The notes beneath the pieces are model-generated. The model had not been told where the DNA came from, did no database searches, and was given only the letters and a program-made list of their open reading frames with translations. The position numbers and the translations under genes are program-made. A DNA stretch of 64,000 bases, taken from the NCBI GenBank assembly GCA_012295275.1, contig CM022672.1:310001-374000 (forward strand), in the 5' to 3' direction. Shown in pieces: positions 54,775 through 64,000 of the stretch; positions within the stretch are counted from its first letter, which is position 1; each line of letters opens with the position of its first letter. The DNA comes from Chrysomallon squamiferum (Eukaryota; Animalia; Mollusca).

Positions 54775-54997
54775 TTATTTTAGATGTGAAGTATACATTT
54801 GATATATTATAATTATATACATATTTCAGATGTGTAGTATATGCTGATGTATTATAATTATCTTTATTTCAGATGTATAGTATAGTTTGATATATTATAA
54901 TTATGTATATATATATCTATATGTTTATTTCAGATGTGGAATATATTTTGATATATTATATTTATTTATTTATTTCAGATGTGTAGTATAGTTTGAT
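54610..54997. repeat. Tandem repeat of the acceptor region TTTCAG|ATGTGTAGTATAGTTTGAT with (TA)n linkers, ~8 copies
   Basis: Copies near 54613, 54660, 54708, 54780, 54824, 54867, 54928 and 54973; the last copy is the exon boundary. Confidence 0.85.
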
Positions 54998-55129
54998 GCA
55001 TCAGAAAGTCAACAGCCCATCACCAATCACTCTGGAAGGGCTACCGCCAAATCTTGGTCCCAGAATGCCAATTCAGGCTCCCATGCCCGGTCCAATGGGA
55101 CCAATGGATCGGGAACCGCATGGAATGGG
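54996..55129 (+). CDS. First coding exon of a gene extending beyond the window; Pro/Met/Gly-rich N-terminus, tentatively LIM domain-binding protein (LDB/Chip)
   Basis: GC-rich exon 54979-55129 bounded by TTTCAG and GTAGGT. An in-frame stop precedes the ATG at 54996. Peptide MHQKVNSPSPITLEGLPPNLGPRMPIQAPMPGPMGPMDREPHGMG ends in phase 2. The LDB identity is only a guess from a loose MDR(E/D)..G.G resemblance and from synteny; no further exon was recognised in the window. Confidence 0.6.
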
Positions 55130-55873
55130 GTAGGTTTGGGAAAACATTCAAAAATTTCTCACATTAATAATGTTAATTTCTTAATGTAATGATTTACTAG
55201 CAACACAACAAAGAGTTAAGTGAAAAGAAAAATTAATGTTAGTAAATTAACATTATTACTACATACAAACACATATACATGCATAAATATAATAAAATCT
55301 AAATCACTGGATTTTTTTTTTATTCTATAATAAGTTCTAGGGGTTTGAATAAAGCTTTAATGATAAAAACATTGGATACAACTGATATGACAAGATGAAA
55401 GAACACAGTACAGAAACTAGTGTTTAACTTAATTTTAGAGTTTGTCATGAAAATTATTCCTATGTTCAGACATGAATGGCAGTGAAAGAGAAACATTTTG
55501 TTTGATACAGCTGTATGACAGAATTACATGGTGAAAATGTCTGAGGTTAACATGTCAACTATTGAAGAGGCACCTAGCCAAAAATGTCAAATTTCAGTCT
55601 CTATTTCTCAAAATAATTAACAGCAGATTCAGTATACTTTGTTTCTCTTTGACCTATCAGTTACATACCAAGTTATTTAGACAAAACTACATACAGAAGT
55701 GTATGAACACACACACACACAGTCACACAGGTACATATCTCATATTCAACATAAAATTCAATAACAACTTTACATTACATCACATTAGTGTTTTGTTTTT
55801 CATTATTATTCAGGTCTCTGGGATTTTAATGGCTCACATTTTGTCCACTGATGTTATATAATGTCCAGTGACA

Positions 55874-56325
55874 TTTTGTTACACCCAGGAAACTTTTTTT
55901 ATGTTTTAGTTAAAATGTGGGAGATTAAATTTCAGTAAAGGTCATCTCAAGGTCACATGGTCCACAGTGTCAATTTCAAGGTTATAACAAAGGTCTAAAG
56001 GTCATTGACCCCCAAATTTTCCAAACTGAACAATAATGGCAGATTTGGAATCCTTGTCATATTGCCTTTTCAACAATACCAATTTTACAAAGATTGTTCC
56101 AGTAGTTCCTGAGATATGAGGATTCAAATGTTGGTGGTCATGCCCATTTTTGCCAAAAATCTCAAAATTTGGGGGGGGGGGCATATCTCCCACACCACTG
56201 GTCCGATTGGCCTAAGATTTCAGATTTGGTGCTGTGGGATCCCAGTCAACAAGTGTACCAAGTTTCATAAAAAATCTGAGATGGTCGGGTTTAACCCATT
56301 GGGTGATTTGACACGGAATGACCCT
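55874..56325 (-). mobile_element. GC-richer interspersed repeat / non-autonomous DNA transposon fragment
   Basis: Abrupt compositional shift with CpGs retained. The minus strand starts TAGGGTCATTCCGTGTCAAATC and contains ATGAAACTTGGTACAC, GAGATATG and TGACCTTGA motifs common in invertebrate non-autonomous repeats. It is flanked by identical 17-mers TATAATGTCCAGTGACA (55857-55873, 56328-56344). Confidence 0.65.
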
Positions 56326-57634
56326 ACTATAATGTCCAGTGACAGTTTGTCCATTGTCATTTTGTCTGCACCAGTGACATTTGTTCCAGCTAAAACTCTG
56401 TCTTATAAGTATTAAAATGAATTTGTCTTCAAGCTGTATGTTGAAAGATACAGCTCTTGAACTTTTTAAAATTAAATGTGTGTTCTCAATACTTGGCATG
56501 TTGAAAATCTCTTTCAAAGTTTAAATTGATCTGTTGACATGACAGGAAGGGATATAACTCTTGACTGGTTACTTTTGTTGTGGATTGATTGGTCCAGTCT
56601 ATGATTTGTTGTGAGGAATATGATGTGAATAAGATTAATCTGTGGTCACAAGTAATGTTTGTTTATGTGAGTTTTAATTTTTGTTTAGCTATTTCCCAAT
56701 CCAGCCACTCCTCACTGACTGGTTTATCAAAGATTCATTTTACAATTTTTAATACTTAAAAAAAAATCTCTTTCAGTGGGTTTTTGTTCATTAACTGCAT
56801 GATCCTTCTGAAAATTTGTTGAGTGCATCTTTAAAATATTCCTTTTTACCCCCCTCCTCATTCAGTCGTATATATCTATATATCTAACAAGTGGATATGA
56901 CATATTACAGTTTTATGACATCTGTTACAACCACAAGTATTAACAGAGCAATATGTTGCACTATTTTATACAGCATTAAAATACATTTATCATTATTTAA
57001 AGCTGTGTAAAACTGATATAACTAATAGGCTTTACATACAGGATTTATTATTGTTGTAGTTGTATGTTTTGCAAGACACAACTTTCACATATATATTATA
57101 AAAGAAACAGAAAAAAACTTAGTAAATTCAGCATTTGTATGATCAAATCAGAGATGAACCTTGCAAACAAAGACAATGAAATTTGATTCTGAAATTAAAA
57201 AACAGTGTTTAAGTTTATTATGACACAGTGAGTATTATGTGAAAATCTTTATTCCTTTTCAAGTTTATTCAGTTTAGTGTGTCACTATGATTTTGTGAAT
57301 TATTAACCAGCACTAAAATATCAAATGTGAAAGTGAATACTGGCTAAGTTCACTCATCTCTTTGAATTCATTTGAGATGTGTAAATAAAAAATTAAAAAG
57401 AACTGCTCTTTTGAAAAAACCTCTTAGGAAATAAAAGAGAATATTTTGTACAACAGATTGTCATAACATTTGATTAAATAGATGAATCTTTCAAGGTTTA
57501 CATTCACAAGATAACTCCAGATTTCCCACTTATTTATTAATTATCAAACTTGAATTTGTATAAATTAGGAAGGAAAGATTTAATATTCTAGACCATATAT
57601 ATTCTGATCATGTATAATTTTAATATTACTATTA

Positions 57635-57679
<45 letters not shown>

Positions 57680-57929
57680 CCTTGCCACATTAATATGTTT
57701 ACAAAAATAGTTATATAGAAGAACCAGGATAAAATCCCTGTTTCCAGGTTACAACATAGGATCCCAATAGTTAGTAAATTATAATAGATAAAAATATTAG
57801 CAACATATTTTTTAACAAACAGTTGCTAATGTCAACCTTTGTTATTTATTTATTTATTTATTTGTACAATAATGATGATATGAGAAAGGACATCCACTGT
57901 TGCATATTCCTGTAGTTTCTGGAGGGGTA

Positions 57930-58167
57930 TGGAAAAAATGGCACTGTGGAGTATTGGAAAAAATGACACCTTATTTATTTTTTCTGTTTAGTTGCTTTAA
58001 AAAACACTTAAAAGTACTTTATTCATACAATATTGTTACATACATGTATATTAATATATAGCATCACTCAGCCACTTGGTTTTGCTTAACAAAGTACAAT
58101 ATTATATCTGAGTTTAATATTACACAAATATACATACATATATATACACACACACATACATATTATG

Positions 58168-58203
<36 letters not shown>

Positions 58204-58349
58204 TATCTTATGCTATGTTTGAACTGACTGAATGCTATCATTCTGTAACATATTTTAAATGGTATGGTTATTACATTAGGTACATCTGTATGAACATATT
58301 CATTCATTTATGTACGTGTGAAAGCATACATGTGTTTTTTGTGTGTGTC

Positions 58350-58391
<42 letters not shown>

Positions 58392-58403
58392 CATATGTTT
58401 TTA

Positions 58404-58436
<33 letters not shown>

Positions 58437-58635
58437 TAGTGTGTATATGTATGTATATGTGTAATATTAAACTGAGTGATGCTATATATTAATATAGATG
58501 TATGTAACAATATTGCATGAATACACTTTATTTTCAGAAGTACTTTTAAGGTTGTTTTTTTATGCAGCTATACAGAAATATCTGTACTGTGCCATTACTT
58601 CCAGGTGCCATTTTTTCTTCTGCAATTTTTTCCTA
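57930..58635. mobile_element. Foldback/MITE-like element, ~700 bp imperfect palindrome
   Basis: Left arm (..TTAAAAGTACTT..ATTCATACAATATTGTTACATACATGTATATTAATATATAGCATCACTCAG, about 58008-58071) is the near-exact reverse complement of the right arm (about 58472-58549). The outer GAAAAAATGRCAC motifs and the inner CA/TA microsatellites are also mirrored. Confidence 0.8.
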
Positions 58636-61119
58636 TACACAAATAGCCATATAGTGACAATGGAACAAGGATTGATTCTGTAACCATTATTTTTATCACA
58701 CTGAATAATTAACTTAATGTTAACGTTGTAGCTTCATAATATTTAAATTTCAGATGAGTAATATAGTTTGGTGTAATCTGTTGTCTGTTTGTCTATGTAT
58801 ATACATGTATTTAAATTTCATATGAGTAGTATTGTTTGGTATAGTGTAACTATCTATCTGTCTGTATAAATATATATAATTTATATACATACATTGTCAC
58901 TATATATAATATAAAGAAAATTTGCTGCATTCCTAGGACTAACTACCAGCTTACAGAGATGTTGTTTTAACATGTGTAAAACTTACCATTTTTTGACAGT
59001 CTGTTGAAAAACTGGTTGTAATACAGTCAGTGTATTTTATACAAGTTAGTCATATTGATTTATTTTTAAATATCAGTGTGAGTGCACACACAGTGCTGTT
59101 TATTTGATGAACATGTTAGCCATTGTCATCTGATTGTCTGCCATGATGTCAAACAACTGTCACTCACTAGAACCTGTTTCTAGTCTGGTCCTGTCTTGCT
59201 AATTGGGATTCATAAACACACACACTTCTCAGATATCTATCTATACAGTCTCTTAGTGAGGGGCTGTGCAACTGATAAAAGCAGCACTGGCTACCATGGC
59301 AACTGTCACATGACCTAGCAGAGTTAACAAAAGATGGTTAAGTGGACAGTCAAATGAATCTGTAGATAAAATATATTTTTGTCTTCCACATTTCCTTGTC
59401 ATTCCATCTGCTGCACTTGTAAATGTTTGCAACTTTTTGTGATTTTACTCTGTGGTGGTTCTGTAGTAAGTAGTTTAAGTTTAATGATGATTTAAAACAT
59501 AATTTTGGTGAACAAAGAACATTGATTTTGTCATATATGTAGGAATGCAAAATATTTGACCTGCCAATTTTTGTTTGTTGTAAAATTAATTTTAAATTTA
59601 ATTTAACAACTTTTTTAATTGTATTTGTTTATAGAAAGTTGCTACTAGATTTTTTGTATATGTCTTAGATCTGTGTAAATAATGTAAGATAAATACATTA
59701 ATTTTGTTTTTTGTTAAATGTTAAGCTTTTTGCCTGTTGAAATACATTTTTATTGTAATGATGAAACAAAATTTGTAATTGTAATTAAAGAAGAAAAATA
59801 ATGGAAATAGTAATTATAATGTATATCATTTTAAATTTTTACTTTAATTAAAAAAATGCTATAAACTAGATAGCTTTACTTAAAGTTTTCACTCTTCTTG
59901 CTCTGTGCTTGGTGCATTTTCACCAGTATTGTTTGAAATGACAGGCTTCCTTCCTGTGTTCCTGTCAGTTGAAAGATCTCTAGCTGCTAAGTAAAACAAA
60001 GATTAGCCTATGTTCTGATTGTGTTTGGTTTTCTATCTTATCTGCGTAGTCCTTACTTATGTGTTTATACATGATTAGCATCTTTAAAATATTTAGCAAG
60101 TTTAAAATAAAAACAAGGCAATAGATTAATTATTATTATTATTATTATTTTTTGTAATGTATTTTTTATTTGATATGAAAACTGTATAACACTGAAGATT
60201 AAATTATATATAGTTAGGTCAAATTCACCTTTGTTTACCTAGCATTTACTTAGCCACAGATATAGCAGACATCCAACCAAATTCTTGGTTTTGTCACCAT
60301 GTGCTGTAAGTAATGAATCTGCAGTCACAAAATATATTAAAAGACTGAGTTTCTAATATTTCGGTTTAACTGTGTTTTATAGAAACTTAGCTTTGAAAAT
60401 ACACATTTCTCATGTTAAAATTGGTATTAAACATTTTTTATAACATTTCATTTTTTTATTTATTTATTTATTATTATTATCATTACAAACATTTTAATTA
60501 TGGAGTTAATGACATAATTTGACATCAGTTGTAACTAATGTATAGTGGTTACTAGAGGTACACAAACAGTTATGTAAATAAGGATTACAGACTTTCAAAA
60601 ACATTGTCAAATGTAAAAAGCATGGACATTTATTATGTTATATAAAATACAGTCATTGTTGTGAAGCAGTTTGAAATTAATAAGTAAAGTGAATTTACAG
60701 TTCATTAATATATAGAAAGGTAGATAGATATTCAATTTGGAGAGTGGCATGTTCGGCTTATTTATTTTGTGGTTTTGTATAAAAAAAAGATAAAAAAAAG
60801 TTGAAAGGTATATTTGACTTATTTCTTTGAAATTATAACAAGAACATTAATTCACTGTTAAAATAATTATGGTGTGTATTTAATGGGTCTTGTGAGCTGC
60901 AGCGTCTACAAATACACATTTACAAATAACGATGACAGCTTACTCCCAAATTACAATGTATGAGAAACCATTATTCTAATTTTAAAATGAAATTTCTGTT
61001 TTCATGTCAGTGCAGTTATTTTGAGTACAATATATAATTAATTATTATGTTAAAATGTTGACTTATCTACTCTGATGTTTTTTATAATATCTGGTAATTA
61101 GTTAGTGACAGAAACTTAG

Positions 61120-61665
61120 AAAAAGTGAGCTACAGTTTAATATAGTGATAGTAAATTAGTAAAAGTGAGCTAGGATTGAATATAGTGATAGTAAATTAGT
61201 GAAAGTGAGCATTGGTTTAATATAGTGATAGTAAATTAGTAAAAATGAGCTAGTGTTTAATATAGTGATGTGATAGTAAATTAGTAAAAGTGAGCTAGGG
61301 TTTAATATAGTGATAGTAAATTAGTAAAAGTGAGCTAGGGGTGAATATAGTGATAGTAAATTAGTGAAAGTGAGCTTGGGTTTAATATAGTGATAGTAAA
61401 TTAGTAAAAGTGAGCTAGGGTTTAATACAGTGATAGTAAATTAGTGAAAGTGAGCTTGGGTTTAATATAGTGATAGTAAATTAGTAAAAGTAAGCTAGGA
61501 TTTAATATAGTGATAGTAAATTAGTAAAAGTGAGCTAGAATTGAATATAGTGATAGTAAATTAGTAAAAGTGAGCAAGGGTTGAATATAGTGATAGTATA
61601 TTAGTAAAAGTAAGCTAGGGTTTAATATAGTGACAGTAAATTAGTAAAAGTAAGCTAGGGTTGGG
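61120..61665. repeat. 40-bp minisatellite (TTTAATATAGTGATAGTAAATTAGTAAAAGTGAGCTAGGG), ~13.5 copies
   Basis: Directly visible homogeneous tandem array. Confidence 0.95.
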
Positions 61666-62753
61666 TATATGAAAAGATATTAACTCAAAAGATAATGCAC
61701 ACAGCTGATAGATTGCTATCAAATGTACTGATGCCAACAAAATTAACACAGTAATTTTTTGTTTAATAAGGAGAATCCATCATGTTATGTGTAGATGAGT
61801 TGTACTAACAGTTTTGTAGATATTTTATATCATATAGTCAAAAACCATAGTAACAAAATTCTCTTCTAGTTTTTGAGATCAGCTAAATCCCACAGCTGTT
61901 CACAATTAATATTTGTTACACAGTAGTAATTTTAGTTTTGTCTGTTTCTATAGCCTGTATTCCACTGGTTGTATTTAACATTTTAATATTACTGGATGTT
62001 AGATATGTTTTTGTACAAAACAATTACTGTTTCTATCAGCCTCTGTGGAGAACTGATCCTGAAACACATCACTCCTAAGTACCAGTAGCTAGACATTACT
62101 TAATAACAAAAGTATAACTTAGCCATGTAAACTGATATTTGTTTATTTATATTTCCCTTATTTACAAAATAGAAATGTTAAAAAAAAAAAAAAAAAAAAA
62201 AATTAAGTTTGAAGATGCAGTAAGTTTATAATGTTTAGATGTTTGTTTCTCTGTATCAAGTGATATCACAAACGTTTCTCTTGTCACACTTTATTATTAA
62301 AAAACACTGGTTACTGCTAACAACAGATTACTCTTTAGGACAGATATATTCTAAATCTGGTACATTTAATTTTATAAAACTGAAACGTCATTGCAGACAT
62401 GACATGTTACCAACAACAGACACAATTTTTTATCAAGGTTAGAAATGTAAATATTTTGTTTGAATTTATTATAAACGATTTGTAAAAAATTATTTGTTTT
62501 TAAGATACATTTTTTTTAATAAAATAAAAAAAAAAACCACCCAAAAAACAACTAATACTAATAATGATAATGATAATGAATAACTAATTATTATCAATCA
62601 TCCAACAACAGTTTGACTTATTTCTGTGTTCAATTTAAGTCACATTGTATTATATTTACTGGTAGTTTTATCTGTAAAGTTTAACTATTTCACTTATAAA
62701 TAATTCTTTCTTTTCGAACCTAGTTTCACTCGGCTTTGCCAGTGAAGTTTACC

Positions 62754-63103
62754 GGCCCAGTCGCATAAATCTGATACATCAAATAGAGCAGGTACACTGA
62801 AAAACACCTTTCAAATCAATACTCACATGTACTGCTTACACTAAAATCAATGTCTCACTCTTAACGTTCTCTGTGTCTATCTATATGATAGGTGCTGTCT
62901 TGACTGTGGTGAAGTACATGTTACAGGAATGCTGAAGCAGGTTTCTTATTAAGCTTTAAAAATTATCAAATGTTCCACATAAAACAAAGATATTTAAATA
63001 ATGAAGCTGTGAATATGAATTCAGATTTTAAATTGTCTAGTTATTTTTAATTCTGGAATTAAATTTTTAAAGTGGCACTAAATTGGATCTTGTTACGGTA
63101 AAC

Positions 63104-63140
<37 letters not shown>

Positions 63141-63544
63141 AATAAATAAATAAATAAATTATCATTTTTTTTTTTTTTTTGATGTTTTAACACAATAATT
63201 GTGATTTTATAAATAAAAAGCTGTGATTTTGTGACAAATATATTTTGTATACATTGTAAATGTTGTTAAAATGGATCTATATGATCTTTTTACAGTGTTT
63301 CAAGAAATAAAGGCTAGAAATGTGCAGTGATTATTAATTTTGTTTACAACATCATTGATAGTCTTTATCTTTTTTCTTTTTTCATACAGAAAGCATTACT
63401 TCAAAATTGTTTAAAAATAACTACATTTAATTTATTAATACTTTTTTTTTTTTTTTTTTTTTTTAAGATATCAAATTATTTTATTATTTTTTTTTTGTAT
63501 TTTTCAAGAAATAAGTAACAGTAGATATTTTAAATTATTTTTCC

Positions 63545-63595
<51 letters not shown>

Positions 63596-63795
63596 CCCAA
63601 AAATAATAAAAAATAGAAATACAGACATACGTTTATATGCATTTTTGTAGAAATACCCAAGTTAATAGATGTATATTTATCAGTTTTAGAATTATTTATG
63701 TAATGCTTGTTTTCGTACTGTTTACGTAGTTTTTTGACCTTGACAATGTAAGATACAGTGTTTAATTCGCTCTTGTTGGTCTATGCGACTGGGCC
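62754..63795. mobile_element. Putative non-autonomous TIR element (PIF/Harbinger-like termini), ~1.04 kb
   Basis: Perfect 14-bp inverted repeats GGCCCAGTCGCATA (62754-62767) and TATGCGACTGGGCC (63782-63795), GC-rich in a very AT-rich context. TTA follows the right end, but the left flank has no exactly matching target duplication. Confidence 0.55.
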
Positions 63796-64000
63796 TTATT
63801 CAGCTCTCTGACCTGTTACTGCCTGCAATGTAAGCTAACATTAGGGGTCGTCTCAAAACTCTGATAAAATACTCTTTTTTAATAATAATAATCATTTTAA
63901 AAATTCTTTTAAAAAAACAAGAAAGAAAAAATATTTTAAAATGTTTAACAGTTGTATTATATAAAAAATGTTTTAAATAATGTCATTAAACATATTTTTG

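Noticed and set aside
56002-56517. ORFs within the interspersed repeat as a transposase
   Set aside because: They are short, overlap on both strands, and show no DDE, RT or helicase motifs.

Overview
AT-rich, intron-containing animal genomic DNA (probably an invertebrate such as a mollusc; taxon is inference). I reconstructed splice sites by hand for four multi-exon genes: TEX261 (+, 5' exon outside the window), ANKRD53 (-), ENO4 (+) and SHTN1/Shootin-1 (-). These are followed by an intronless nanos gene (+), a decayed PCED1/FAM113-like pseudogene (+), and the first coding exon of a gene that runs out of the window (+, tentatively LDB/Chip). The region has many minisatellites and several non-autonomous transposon-like or foldback elements. 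Three patterns stand out. (1) Tandem repeats repeatedly span or abut splice junctions, creating stacks of duplicated donors or acceptors, including in-frame 39-bp donor duplications in SHTN1. (2) The TEX261-ANKRD53-ENO4-SHTN1-nanos order joins genes that vertebrates keep on two paralogous segments (human 2p13 and 10q25-26). (3) CpG-depleted gene bodies contrast with a CpG-retaining domain of about 12 kb around nanos. No rRNA, tRNA or CRISPR array was found.
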